Shown piece after piece: positions 22,830-36,329 of a stretch of 64,000 bases of DNA. The first letter of the stretch is position 1, and the number at the start of each line of letters is the position of its first letter. The position numbers were made by a program, and so were the translations under genes. Source of the stretch: Squalus acanthias. Taxonomy: Eukaryota. Location of the stretch: positions 178,500,001 to 178,564,000 of the forward strand of contig CM059425.1 of NCBI GenBank assembly GCA_030390025.1, read 5' to 3'. Under the pieces are notes generated by a model, which was not told the DNA's origin, searched no databases, and saw nothing but the letters and a program-made list of their open reading frames with translations.

Positions 22830-23462
22830 AAGAAAGAAAGAACAAACTTGCATTTATATAGCACTTTTCATGATCTCATGCACTTTACAACCAATTAAGT
22901 ACTTTTTGAAATACAGTATAGACACAGTCAATGTCCCCTGTAAGCTGCGCTTTGTTCTGCGCGGTCTGTTTATTTTAATGTGTGGTCCCTTTAAATTTCT
23001 GCGCACGTGCGGTATTTACAATGTAAAAGCCAGTGAGGGGCCTGCACGGCCACACAGAGGAAACACTGGTCACAGTTGTAATGTACAAAATGTGATAGCC
23101 AATTTGTGCACAGCGAGGTCCCACAAACAGAAATTAGATAAATGACCAAATAATATGTTTTATTTATGTTAGTTGAGGGATAAATATTGGCCTGGATACC
23201 AGGAGAACTCCCCTGCTCTTTTTCGCATAGTTCCACGGGACATTTTATATCCAGCTGAGAGGACAGACGGTATCTTGGTTTAACATCTCATTTGAAAGAT
23301 GACACCTCCAATAGTGTAGCACTCCCTCAATACTGCACTGAAGTGTCAGCCTAGACTATGAGCTCAAGTCTGTCATTTTCATACATTCGTAAGTCTCTGG
23401 AGTGGGGCTTGAACCCATGACCTTCTGATTCAAAGGTGAGAGTGCTACCACTGAGACACAAC
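22830..23462 (-). mobile_element. tRNA-headed SINE with Deu-like core and L2-type tail (SacSINE1/AmnSINE-like), interrupted by a hAT MITE
   Basis: Minus-strand A box (TGTCTCAGTGG) and B box (GGTTCAAGCCC) at ~23403-23458; core GCCAATTTGTGCACAGCGAGGTCCCACAAACAG; tail CTATATAAATGCAAG...(TTTC)n. Confidence 0.8.
22929..23068. mobile_element. hAT-like MITE (copy 1)
   Basis: Ends CAATGTCCCCTG / CAGAGGAAACACTG; 8-bp TSD GACACAGT (22921-22928) / GTCACAGT (23069-23076); inverted homologue of 57222-57373. Confidence 0.82.
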
Positions 23463-23569
23463 TAGACACCCATAACATTACAAGGGGACTTCTCAAAATC
23501 CCCACAAATTGTACTGCTGCTAGTTTAGCGCTTTTAGTGGCCAGAGATAAACTGACAGCAAGCACTGAG

Positions 23570-23894
23570 TAACCTTCTCCAGCCCTACAACCCTCCGAGA
23601 CATCTGCGTTCTTCCAATTCTGGCCTCTTGAGCATCCACGATTTTAATCGCTCCACCATTGGTGGCCGTGCCTTCAGCTACCAAAGCCCTAAGCTCTGGA
23701 ATTCCCTCCCTAAACCTCTCCGCCTCTCTACCTCTCTTTCTTCCTTTAAGACGCTCCTTAAAACCTACCTCTTATCTGCCCTAATATCTCCTTACATGGC
23801 TTGGTGTCAAATTTTGTTTGATAATACTCCTGTGAAGCGCCTTGGGATGTTTTACTATGTTAAAGGTGCTATATAAATACAGTTATTGTTGTTG
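23570..23894 (+). mobile_element. L2-clade LINE 3' end
   Basis: RSTIGGRAFS...LWNSLP coding end; tail GTGAAGCGCCTTGGG...CTATATAAAT...(TTG)n; near-identical copies at 38685-39062 and 61709-61973. Confidence 0.85.
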
Positions 23895-24939
23895 AGACCC
23901 TGTGAAGATATGGCCTTCCTTCCCACCGGTCTAACAAAATCTGGTAGTTTTATGTTCACCTGCGGGAGGCCCGGGTTACGGGAACTTGATGACTGAAGAT
24001 CAATATAAAGCCGTCTGGTTGTCTTGTGCAAGCACTGTACACTGTATCAGGCTGGGTAAAAGCATTCATAGCCTTAGATCTGCTGTTACATGACAGGACA
24101 TAATACAACTCTGTTTAAAGCGGTAGTCAGATAAATAATAAACATTCCATCACACCTTACATTGGAATAGGGATAAGGAATGAAGGATGTTCAAGGTTTC
24201 CTACTTTTACCATTCACAGATGGTTAAGATTCAAAGTGTGATGCATTACTGTCACTAGGCTTATTCAACATAATGGTAGCAATCCATACTGAGGAAAAAA
24301 ACATTCTTTACTGTCATACCAAGATGGTTCTCGGTGTTGTCACCAGGCTTATGTGGCAGATTGCTAGCAATATAAGAACCACTTAAGCCAGTACTCTTTA
24401 ACATTGCGTAATACTCTGAATTAATCATCTGAATTACTCACACCACTTATTACCAGTGGTAGTCCTGCAACATCAGTAATTCTCCTTAGTCCAAAATCCT
24501 TTTCCAGGCATAACCAAAGTTTGGTAGGATGAAAATCATTCTATAAAATTGTACTGTTTGGTGCTTTTCAGAGTACACATGTCTAAACGCTAAGAAAATT
24601 TCACATGCTCAAATTACACTTTACTGAAATCCTTGTGACAACACTCATGAACTTGTTCAAAAAATGGAAGCATTTTACCACGTATTTAGAGCCACTGTCT
24701 CAGCCATTAGGTAGATTATTCTCAACGTGCAAACTATTTGCACTTGTCTATTTTGGCACAACAACGAACGAGAGCAGTATCTGCCACAGCAGAAAAGATA
24801 AATGAGTTCAGGGATTAGGATGGGCACTAAAAGATTATTTCTGCTGGTCAATGAATTGGTAACAAATGGGCATACATTTAAGATGAGTATTAATAGCATA
24901 AAGGGGGACTTTAAAAGAACGTTGTCCCTCACAAAGAAT

Positions 24940-25555
24940 TATTAGGATATGCCACACCACAAGCGACTACTGGAACTGAGTCAATCACGGTGTTTAAGGG
25001 AGAGTTAGACATGAAGAGGAAAAATATTTTTTTAAAGTACAGGAAACTTTCATTTATCCGGCATCGACGGGACCGGCGTGGTGCTGGTTTATCGAAAGTA
25101 CCGGATAACAGAGAGTTATATCTACCGAGGCTATTTTTAACAAAGAGACTCCAAGCAGCACGGGAGAATCTACTCATGCTACTGCAATGTTTCGGACTTG
25201 CGACAGCGCCAGGAGGCCGAGTAGTGGCACTTTTGAAAAGTACCCCTACTGACTAAATCGGCGTTCGCGGACTCGGACTCGGGATCGGCAACATTGCCGG
25301 TTATTTGAGAGGATTTTTCGGAGCACTCGGCGTTCGCGGAGACTCGACTGCGACTCGGCAACATTGCCGGTTATTTGAGAGGAGTTTTCGGAGGATGATT
25401 TTTGCCGGTTAAGCGAGAATTCCGGATATTTGGGTGCCGGATAAACGAAAGTTTCCTGTACAAGGAAAGAGGAGAGAAATGGGATTAGGTTAGATAGCTT
25501 CATTTTTGAGCTAGCGCTGGCATAGCATGATGAATTACATCCTTCTGTGCTAAAA
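24940..25555 (+). mobile_element. Old CR1 3' fragment split by a Tigger-like MITE
   Basis: TTTAAGGGAGAGTTAGA before the MITE; TGGGATTAGGTTAGATAGCT...CCTTCTGTGCT after it, typical of CR1 3' ends. Confidence 0.55.
25040..25458. mobile_element. Tc1/mariner (Tigger/pogo-like) MITE
   Basis: 24-bp TIRs CAGGAAACTTTCATTTATCCGGCA / TGCCGGATAAACGAAAGTTTCCTG (1 mismatch); TA on both sides; subterminal CCGGATAA repeats; internal ~65-bp direct duplication. Confidence 0.9.
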
Positions 25556-26029
25556 TGTCTAAGTACCGGTTGCCTCAGTTTGGATACATGAATGATTATC
25601 TCATCCAATCTTGTAATCGTCCTTCATTTAATAGAGCATTATATTAATTACAAATGAATTCTGCACTAAAAAACTGAATTATTAACCTTAATATATTTTA
25701 CTCAAGTATCATTACAAGCTTTCCTTTCTTAGTGTAATTAGTGAAAATCTAAGACTATCTTCCTAGTTAGTCAGTATTCAATGGCCAACATAGTATTTGC
25801 TTTCCTCAGATGAAACTTGCTTGATCCCTAGGCCATTTTTTAAATCAGTTCTTGAGTACAGAATCATTATTAGAAAATTAAAAAAGAAATTCTAAACTTT
25901 TAATTAGTAATATTTCTAATATTAGATGGATTATGGCATCAAAAGAAATTATTTCTACCTCACATTGTCTCAAATTTCCCACTGCTTTTAAAAAAGTTTT
26001 TTTTAAGTTGAAACCTTTGACAGTATCAG

Positions 26030-26922
26030 CATCATTGTCTGGAGGCATTCACTCAGTTTCCACATGTATGCTACAACACTGACTTTTCTACTTCACCTCC
26101 AACTTTGACTCCATGACCATCTCCTGTTGTCAAGTTGCTTGCCTGACCAAGTTGTGAAGGAGCCAGAACTTCCTACAAATGAACATTGGGAAGGCTGAAG
26201 CCATCTTATTAGACTCCTGCCAAAAACTCTGTACTGTTGCCTGATGCCATCCTTCTTTCCAATTGCTTGCTCAGGCTCGAGCAGATGGTACAAAACACCT
26301 CTGTCCTGCTGTCTCTGAGCTGAGCTTCAAACTCCATATTCTGTCCATCAACGAGACTGTTTATTTCCACCGCCACCCCCAGTATCACAAACTCTTGTCC
26401 ACATTTTTGTTACCTACAGACTCGACTTTTCCATGTCCTCCTCGCCACCCTACTGAGCTCCGCCAGAAACAAACTGTAACTCATCCAAAACTTTGCTGCC
26501 TGCATCCCATCCTACACTAAGTCCTGTTTGCAAATCACTTCTGTTCCCACCAATCACCCAAAATATTGAATTCAAAGTCCTCACTCTCATTTACAAATTA
26601 CTCCACAGCCCCACACCACTCTATCTCTTCAACCTGCTCCAGTCCTCTTGCCGGTGTTCTTCAATTCTGCAACTCTGGCCTCCTGTGTATCTTCACCTCT
26701 CCCTACTCCATCACTGGTGGCAGAACCTTCAGTCATATCAGCCCTACTTTGTTTTCTCCCTGAATCCCCCCCCCCCGCAACCCCGCCTTGCCACTTCTTT
26801 TCAACTTGCTTTTCATCATCTCTCCTCTATTCTTCTACTATTGCTCTGTGTCTGTTTCTCCTCCGTGAAATACCTTAGGACATTTACCACATTAAAATGT
26901 GTTATATAATTGCAAGTTGTTA
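26030..26922 (+). mobile_element. Degraded L2 LINE 3' fragment
   Basis: Remnants IEFKVLTLIYK and ITGGRTFS; tail GTGAAATACCTTAGG...TGCAAGTTGTT. Confidence 0.75.
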
Positions 26923-27669
26923 TACAATCAAACAGCAATAATTACATTGTGATAGCTAACAGAAGAGAGCCTTACACCCAGTTTCTCCCTACGTTTGTGT
27001 CAGATATCATCTCTCCTCTTCAGGTGTCTAAGCATCAAAAGGAACATCCATCATAAATCATTTCAGAAGGCAAAATAGATTATTACTCTTTCTACTTTAT
27101 CACACCCAACCCCACAGTCATCCTGTCCAATTGTTTTAACAACCCTGTAGTCTCTTTTCAAGTACCTCTGCAGCTCCTACGTAATTCCTCCCCTCATCCT
27201 ATACCCACAGGATCCATCTTCTTTAAAACCTTCTCTGCAAGTAAAACCCATGCTGTACTTAAAGGGAAGTGGAGGGAAAGGTTGCTGCTGCTCCACCTCC
27301 TGTGTTGTAATTCCAGCTTTAAATTGCCAAAAAAAGTGTTAAAACATGGCTTTCAGTGCAAAGACAGTAGGAAATACTGTTAACAGCTTGAAAAAATTGA
27401 AGGGGGGAAAATAATCGCAGAGGGAGCTTAAGTGCCTATCACTTGTGCAAGAGCAGCTGAAGCTAATGGAGGGAACAGGGCTGAAACAGACCTCAAAGGA
27501 GATGCCACAGAATAAGTTACACAACAGAGGCAGAGGTCACTGTCTAGACTTCACAGTTAAGAATTACTCCCATTAAAATTCCACTGTCATATGTTGTATT
27601 TTAAATCTTTATTCTACAGTGTGATTATGGTTTTAACAGTCCTCTAAAAATATGATGGAGTCTATTACA

Positions 27670-28030
27670 TCTCCCCCCTCCCCCTTAATTTACAACCCTG
27701 AAGGCATTGACTTGTGCAAAGGTAAAGTTCTACAGGTGCCACCAGCCCTGCATTATTTCATTCAACTGGCCGTTCTTTATGTTCAAGTGTAGAGAGCGAA
27801 TGGTGACGGGCAATTCAACTAGGGGGGCATCACAACCAAACTTGATGTTGTTCTAATCCAATCCAGCCACACGCACAGGTACATTTCAGCAGGAGCTACT
27901 GAATAATGATCGAGAGCAGAAACTCTGATCCAGAGACACAGAAGACAACTAAAGTTCCAAAGCAGAGATCAGCTAACAGCATAAACCAAGAATAGAAACT
28001 GGGACCTACCTGTTCTGGTTGGCTCAGTTC
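27670..28030 (-). mobile_element. Family S SINE-like copy
   Basis: Reverse complement of family S blocks (CCTGAAGGCATTGACT, GATCAGCTAAC, CTGGGACCTACCTG). Confidence 0.55.
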
Positions 28031-29243
28031 TCATTTAACAACCGAGCATTCGATGACGTAGTTCTAAACCAGTGCTCAAGACAGTTTATACCAGTATTTA
28101 CAGCTGTCCCATTTCAAGCTGCTGCAAATACCAGGCAGAATAACTTTATGCTGCTTCCACTGATTCACGCTTCACTTTATACCGAGGATCCACGGGCAGT
28201 GAAATTGGTACAGGATCCAGAGTGTCGGGCTTTTATACTAGTTTTGGATTGTGTAAGCTACTCCTCAGTGTTTACATATGTGCAAGCAGTGCTAACACCT
28301 TTCCTCTCAATGTAAGCAAGCACTGTACCAATCTGTCACCACACGGGCCATTCAAAGCAGCAAGAAAAACAGAACCAATCACACAAGAGTTAATCCTCAC
28401 AAGAACTATACTACACAGACAATGCCTCCATTGTCACCATCCTTTGACTGGACTAGGCTTTCTATACACTATGCTCTTATCTCAATCTTTTCAGAAAGTT
28501 CAAAGAATTTGAAACAAATTAAGTCAAAACAGATGACAGCTACACTTTGGCATCTTTGCCAATTATTAAAATGTTTTTTAGAAAGTGGATCTTTAAAGAA
28601 TTAAAAAAGCAATCATTTATAGTTTGATCTCCGGCAATTTTGAATGGCACTATCAATGGTGCAGAGATATTTCCCTCTTTAAAATACAGATAACAGGAAG
28701 CTTTAGAGAGATCTTTTTCTAGAAATGATAAGCTAGTGCAGTTGAGAGGGAAATCTGACAGGATCTAATATCGTATCTGGAGGGTAAAAGCATTACAATA
28801 CAATACTGTAAACCTGTCACACACATCAACATCATCCACTGGGCCAGCATTGCTCCAGGGGTTAGCACAACTTTGAAGCACAAATGAATGCTTAAATTGA
28901 AGCAACCCTCTCCTGACCTACACAACACTTTTAATAACTACACCCTAAATAGGAAAACGTCTATTATGGCATGGTCTGTTAGATTGAAGTCCAATATCCC
29001 TGATGTACCAGAGAGGCTCAGAGAGCCAATCAATTCTGTTTGTAACCTTTACTGCAAATGGTCCCCTGGGATCTCACAGGACACCTGTTCAGTTCAGTTT
29101 GCTGCATTAGTAAACAGGCTGAGGCAGACAGACGGCCACTAAGAAATGAGTGTCAAGGTTCCTCTGCTGGATCTGTCTTAGCACATTTCTTCCTACTTCT
29201 ACCATTCCCTTATTTCATACAAATCACTGTCTATTCTCTACTC

Positions 29244-29914
29244 CAGCAAGCAATTAGGAAAGCAAATGGTATGTTGGCCTTTATTACAAGAGGATTTGAG
29301 TATAAGAGTAAAGACATCTTACTGCAATTATACAGGGCCCTGGTGAGACCACACCTGAAGTATTTTGTACAGTTTTGGTCTCCTTACCTAGGGAAGGCTA
29401 TACTTGCCATAGAGGGAGTGCAACAAAGGTTCACCAGACTGGTTCCTGGGATGGGGGGATTGTCCTACGAGGAGAGATTGAGTAGACTAGGCCTATATTC
29501 TCTAGAGTTTAGAAGAATGAGAGGTGATCTCATTGAAACATACAAAGTTCTTACAAGGCTTGACAGGGCAGATGCAGGGAGGATGTTTCCCCTGGCTGGG
29601 GGGTCTAGAACCTGGGGTCACAGTCTCAGAATAAGGGGTCAGACATTTAGGACTGAGATAAGGAGAAATTTCTTCACTCAGAGGGTGGTAAATCTTTGGA
29701 ATTCTCTACCCAGAGGGCTGTGGAGGCACAGTCGTTGAGTATATTCAAGACAGAGATCGATAGATTTTTGATTTTTAAGGAAATCAAGGGATATGGGATT
29801 GTGCAGGAAAGTGGAGATGAGATAGAAGATCAGCCATGATCTTACTGAATAGTGGAGCAGGCTCGAAGGGCCAAATAGCCTATTCCTGCTCCTATTTCTT
29901 ATGTTCTTATGTTC
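29244..29914 (+). mobile_element. CR1 3' RT fragment (same family as the copy A ORF2)
   Basis: QQAIRKANGMLAFITRGFEY...RRNFFTQRVVNLWNSLP; (TTCTTATG)n tail. Confidence 0.93.
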
Positions 29915-30113
29915 AAGGGCACAGAATGATCGTTTCAAAAAATACTTTGATATCCAAGACGTAAAGCCAATAGTGGTGCGAGGAATGGATATATTTTATG
30001 CCCACCAATTCTCTCACCTCAATCGTTCTCTCAAAATTCCTCTTGGCCAGTAGGATGGGATATCCCACCTCACCAATATCTTCACAGATGGTTATACTCC
30101 TTTGTTAACTCCT

Positions 30114-30135
30114 CCCCCCCCCCCCCCCCCCCCCA
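30114..30135. repeat. poly(C) tract
   Basis: About 22 consecutive C; similar C- or G-runs at ~33847-33882 and ~49349-49368. Confidence 0.9.
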
Positions 30136-30439
30136 ATTAACAATGGGACTTCTCTCCACAGACAATCCAGGCCAAGTTCAGGAATCGAACAGAAATCTCC
30201 CAGCAGATTCTCCAGTGCTGAAACTAGAAGGGATGTGTGTAAACAGTTCTTTTATCTGCTTGCTTTCCAACAAATTTCATTCTGAGCTTTACCTTGTAGT
30301 CAAAACGTACACAAAGAACACTTGAAACGCAAACAAGAATGTGATGTTAAAAAAAAATCAGTCCTCTGCACCTGATCAATTCGGTTCAAGTGCCCTCACA
30401 GAACACAGGCCTCAAGGCTGTCCCGGAAATCTGTGCTGC

Positions 30440-31212
30440 ACTGCCTTAGTTTCCCACTTATATATAAATGATTTGCATATAGGTACAAAGAAGAAGAATA
30501 TTGAAGTCTCTGATTATTACCAAATTAAGGAGCATGGTACACGCTGAGGAATAACGTAGGAGATCTTAGATATAGGTAGATAGTTCCTGTTGAAGAACTA
30601 GCACCAGCGCAGCTTAAATGGGCTTGAAAATAATTTAAAGGTATAGATACATTAATCTTTAAAAGGTGGGAGTATAGGTAAAAGAGGCCACCGAAATGGG
30701 ATTCTGACTTTTGTACCCAAGAGCACTGAATATAAAAGAAAGAATGTTAAATTTATAAAAGTCATTAGTTATGGCTGTTAGGAATGATTGTGTGCAGTTC
30801 TGGACACTCAACTATAGGAAGGGTATTAAGAGTCGTGGAAAGGATACAGCAAAGATTCACTAGAATTACACCAGGAATGAAAAGTTTTAGTTATGAAGAA
30901 ATGCTAATTGTAAAATTAGTAGCAAGGTGGCATGGACTCAGAATCACAAGAAGAATGAATGGCGAAGTTAGAATTTTTTTCCCACACGCAGAATTATTAG
31001 ACCATGGAATGCTTTGTCACAAGTGGCTATTGAGACATAGACTATATCATCATTTCAAAAGGGAATTGGATCAGTATTTGAAAAGGAAGAATATAAAAAG
31101 GATATGGGGAAAGATCAGGGAAATTGAATTCTGCAGTTGAACAATTAGCACCAGCACAGCCATAATGGGACAAATAGCCTCTTTCCTTCTGTGCTGTATT
31201 TTCTATGATTCT
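30440..31212 (+). mobile_element. Highly degraded CR1 3' fragment
   Basis: YINDL, ERIQQRFTRITPGMKSFSYEE, FKRELDQYLK; tail CCTTCTGTGCTGTA...TTCTATGATTCT. Confidence 0.75.
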
Positions 31213-33272
31213 GTTCTATAGCCCATGGAAAATAAAAAAGTAGTAACATTTAAAAGGAGCATTGCCTTCAACAAAACGTGCTTGGCAATACTTTTATTTG
31301 GGGAGGGAGGCGTACATTCTTTCATCATCACACATAGCTGATGCAGTTCAATGTTATTCCATTCTGTGTTTGTAAGTAAAAATTGCCAAACCCCATTCTT
31401 GAAGAGAGTCTCTTTAAAACAAAGAAAGCACAAAGGCAATTTGCTCATTGATTAGAATTTTTCATTTTATTTTCAAGTAGGTTGAACATTAAGAGCAAGA
31501 TTCCAATATGAATAAAAGAGGTGTTAATCCTGCTAAAACACTGTAAAGCAATCTAAAATAAGGGACCTGTAGAACACATTTGTAAAACAGTTCAACTCTG
31601 CTTCAATCATTTAACAGGATTTAAGTCCTCATATAAGGCCCAAAGCCGACAGAAGAATGACTTGTTATAAGGTGTTTTCTCGTATTCCATTTTGAGAAAG
31701 CAACCTGCATACATCATAGTTCTGCTTTTCTATTTCGAGTGGGGAGCCAGCCTCCTAAGATGCATTGGACTCTGTTGTTAATACAAAGAGTCAGAGAGCA
31801 AACATGTGGGACTAGCTTCCAACAGAAATTGGCAGCCATATTTTACTAGATCTTCAAGGACGCTGATTTCTGGAACCTGGGCTGGTTTACACCATTGAGT
31901 GGACCTATCAGAAGGAGACCCACACATCTGCACTCCTGTACTGTTATAGCGTTGCATTGTGCAAGAGTGGAATAACCAAAGGAGCAATCTGTGTTAGCTG
32001 TGAGATAAAGAGCAGAAATCTAAGACAACCTCTAAACAACACTAGCTTTACCATAATGCTGTACAAAGTCCAGCATATTCCCCTAATCCACAATATATGC
32101 TATATTTCTAAAGTGCTGCTTTTCAGACTGAATCAGGGATATGCCAACACATCACTGTGTATCCACAATAAAAGCCTCAGCAGGCTGGGGGAGACAGTGC
32201 TGACATTATGTCCTCATTACTGAAACATGGCATTTCTGGACTGTCTGCAATTCATTAACATAATTGCAAATGACCTGGTTTCTACTACACTGAGGAGTGG
32301 AATAATGCCACCCATGGAACACAATATTTCTGATCTGATCTTCTGTCCTGTACTCATGCACTCAGCATTATCACCATGATCTCCATGAAACTGCATTGTT
32401 AGTGTGCACTAGAAAAACACATAACAGTAATTCTATATAAACATGCACCTGATCCATGCACAAAATCAAAGTGTACCAACCCACCTCCCAGTCCCTTTCA
32501 TCATGTAAAATTTCTGATCCAGCCAAGTGATCCCCTGAACAGAAATGCTTTTTCACAATTAATTGCATTGTGTGATTTTTCACACTGAGGGCTGTCAGTG
32601 CAGCAATTCCAGCATCTTTCAGTATCAAATAATTAATTGTTTAAAGATCAAGTTTTAGAGATATGTGTTTAATTCACATCCATTGCGACAATTACACAAA
32701 TAGATGTACAAATACTGAAAAATTGGCTTTTATTTGAAAGGTAGTCCCTACAAATCTGTCCAAAGATGACTTGTTTGATCAGTATTTATGATCCATCGCT
32801 ACACTAATATTTAGCGTCAGTTTCTAACAAATTAAACATTTTATAACAATTTTAAGTAATAACCATACTTATTACAATCAGAAAAATAATTGTGGAATGA
32901 ATCATTTATGCTATCTTAGTTGACTTGAACTTTGACACACTCTCCATCCCAATTGTTTAAAGAGGTAAGCATGAAGTATTTGAGGATTGTGGAGATCTTG
33001 TATTTATATTTCAGCTCAGTCACAGAAGCTGATACTGTTCCCTTCTAACACAGCACTGCTATAAATTTCCATAAACAGCCAAATACAAAGAACCCTTGAA
33101 GTACATCCCTTACAGACCTGAATGTTAATGTCTTCTACTTGAGAAATGACTGACTTCTAAAATTCAGAATCCTTGGTAATCTACCATAGCTTTACACAAG
33201 AAGCAACATACTGGAAATCTGAAAGCAAAAACTGAAATATAAATGCTTTATTAAAATAAACTGCAAAAAGCG

Positions 33273-33447
33273 AGAATAAAACAGAAAAGGCTGACATACT
33301 CAGGTTAGGCAGCATCAGTGGAGAAACAGAAGTCAATCCGTCAAAATTTCATGTCTAAAACCCTCCGAGACCGGAAACATCGACCGACTGACTTCAGGTG
33401 CTGCCTGACCTGCTAGGTATTTCTAGTTAGTTTTCTGTTTTTGTTTA
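33273..33447. mobile_element. Inverted pair of Penelope-like termini (fold-back relic)
   Basis: AAAACAGAAAA...AGGTTAGGCAGCATC faces GTGCTGCCTGACCTGCT...TTTTCTGTTTTT; both arms resemble 2490-2535. Confidence 0.6.
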
Positions 33448-36329
33448 TAGTTTTACATTGTTCTGTCAAATTTGTTTTACTTAGTCCATGGGACTTGCTT
33501 CTGGTAGTTGTAGATTTTATTCATTTATTGAAGAGCAAGTCAATTTATTTAAGACAATAATATCATGGATTGGTTGTGCACTGAGCCTTGAATACACACT
33601 TTCCAGAAAAAAAGCAAAGTTATACGAAGTCCTTTAGTGTTAGCAGCAAAATGATCTTTTCCAACCAGATGGCTGTGGGTCAAACCCCAGGGTTGCCCAT
33701 CGCTCCAATTTGCCTGCTGTAGTTGGGACAAGCATTGGCAGCTGTTGGCCACACTAGCAGGTGAAGAACACACAGAGACTGACTAGTCCCACTGAAAATG
33801 TGGTTGTTGTCAAGCGGATGTTAGAACAGAACTGGTAGCAGTTGGCGGGGGGGGGGGGTGGTGGGGGGGGCGGCGGGGGGGGAGTCCATTGCCAGGACAA
33901 AGCCACCCTTCTCCTGAAAGAGTCTGCATAGAGAAAGAAGCTTTGAATCCAAAGAGGGAGCAACAAAAATTTCAACTTTGAAGATGCCAATTACAGGTCA
34001 GAGTTTTAATTCCAGAAAGTTTGCTACATTGCACCAGACATTAATAGTTTGGCCAATTCAATACTCTAGTCCAGTTTTCAAATAAGGAGTCAAGTTGACC
34101 ACTTCCACCAGTCATTTTCTCTTATTAAAAGCATTGGTTGGGAGGCTTCAACATCTCGAAAATAACTCATACAAGTCTTATATGGTCTTCAAAAATTGAA
34201 TATCTGTCTATTTAAAATGTCTATATTATAAAGTTACATATATAAAACAATTTGGAACCATTGTACGTATAATATTGACTGAGGCGTATCATTACATTGC
34301 AGTGCCTATACAGATAAACTGTAGCATTAACTGGGAATATCAGAGGGAGATAATCCAGGCTGAAACTGACAAGCCAGATGGTGCCATCAAATAAGCCAAG
34401 GATGCTCAGCATGATTCAGCAGCTTCTGGATGACCTGCTCCACACCAGACTGGCGTGATCACATAAAATTCAGTTTACTGTAACAAGCCTCTAGCACAGT
34501 AATGAGAATATACTCAAGCAAAAGCCAGCTTTAAAAAAAAAACATTAAACAGCACTGAATCCAGCAAAGAGCATGACAAGAATCAACCAATAGTTCTCAA
34601 CCGTTAAAGCAGTCAACAACACTTACAGGAGAATGTCAGTCATGTCTTACTCTAGCCATTCAAAGTAACCTAACTGGGGGGAAAGGGGGAGCTTTTTTCA
34701 TGGCTTCACTCTAGTTATTGGGCTCATGTATCCACTTGGTTACAGCTTTAGCAATACCTTAACAGCTGTTGAATGCAGTGTTGTAGCTGGCATGACAGCA
34801 GCACTTTACACGGTTCTCTGGTTAGAAATATGTCCCTCAAGCCATTACCAGAATAAGAGGCAGGCTTCCAACAGCACTGTTACCAAACATCAGCAGCAGT
34901 TAACAGCTTGGGCCAGTTTACGAGCCCTATCATTGTTGTAAATTCTTCATGTACTTCCAGTCCTGAAGGCACAAAGAACATAAGCCCTCTTGTCCCCGGC
35001 TTAAGATCACGCAAACCTCTGTGATGGGAACTTATTCAAAATGATGACGTCGTGCAACTTGCATGGACTGCACCCAATCAAAGTTCATCATGATCTCATT
35101 GCAGACAGTGAAGTGAGAGAGTGTTTGCCAATGTACTGTTGCTGAAACTGTAATAAAATACTGAATAACTTTTTATTTCTCTGGCACGAGGACAAGCATT
35201 GTAACGGATCCAGTTTTTAGCCACAACACTACTCAATGAATGGAACGGGCTAACAAAACCATTTGGGTTCACAAATGCTGTTGCAGAAAAGTTCTGTTAA
35301 TGTTTACTGTGAGGCAACATGAAATATAAATTCTAGATGGCAGGTAAACACAGAAATAGTAAGAAATCATCATGGTAAACTTGGAAGAAACAAGCACCTT
35401 TCACCATCTTGTCAGTCAAATTTCACAGAGGTTAAAAAACAGGTTTTCAAAATCCATGCCGAGTATTTTAAAATCAGTTTGAGAAAAATGAACATTGTTT
35501 GCATTGAACAAAGTAACAAAGTGCTTGGCAAGTTTTGGGTTTGGGGGAAACGCAAAAGCCAGAACAGCCGTGCATGGTCTGTTTTGCACAAATCATGCAT
35601 TTAGACTTGAATTACATCCCATTGTGTGTTTGTAAATAAAAATGAGATGAAAGTTTTCCGAGCAACTTTTCATGTTCCTTTAACTTGGCAGCAAATGTCA
35701 GCAGGGTTCTCTTGACCATGAAGGACGTCACAGCTAGACTTGACCTCATCTTCGCCAGGCATTCACTTTCAGCTAGAGTCACTAAATACTGGCCAGGAAT
35801 GGGATCTTAACTGATTTTTAAGTAATTAAAAAGTCAATTCTGATCTGTCAATCTCATGACCGGAGAAAGAAACAAAAAGAGAAAACAAAAACTACTAACA
35901 CTTAATTTGTAAGATTATTTTTTAATTATCAAACAGAAGCAATGCTTGAATATACTGCATTAATTACCATCTAGTAACTACACTAAGTACAGCGCTATAA
36001 ATAAAGGTAGAACTTACACATGAATGAGTATCTAGGTCACCAATACCTAACGCTTCAGAATTAAAGCCTCCACTTTACTCAGTCGGAGGCCTCATAGGTG
36101 GGGGAGGGGTTGTAATAGATGCACTTTAATATATACTACCAGCACAGTAGTCAGCGCGGTTGGTTTATCCTTTACTGTTCTGGTCTTCCACATCATGTGA
36201 CAACCTTAAACTTACAAAATGCACTTAGCTGTCAGGCAGAAGTACTAATTATTAATGGGAGCGTCAAGAGGAGCCATACAGAGACGCATAATAAGTTACT
36301 GTGACTGACAGTGGTACTGCCTTTCAGAT

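Noticed and set aside
23400..23462. tRNA-like sequence with A and B boxes
   Set aside because: SINE head continuous with core and tail; no full cloverleaf.
25260..25392. Direct repeats with a palindromic core resembling a CRISPR repeat-spacer unit
   Set aside because: Only two units, the intervening sequence is also duplicated, it lies inside a TA-flanked MITE in eukaryotic DNA, and there are no cas genes.
29058..29738. 226-aa ORF with a novel N-terminus fused to RT
   Set aside because: Chance read-through from the flank into a truncated CR1; lacks the catalytic core.
33847..33882. G-rich tract (G-quadruplex potential; poly-Pro ORF on -)
   Set aside because: Low-complexity run with unreliable length and no supporting context.
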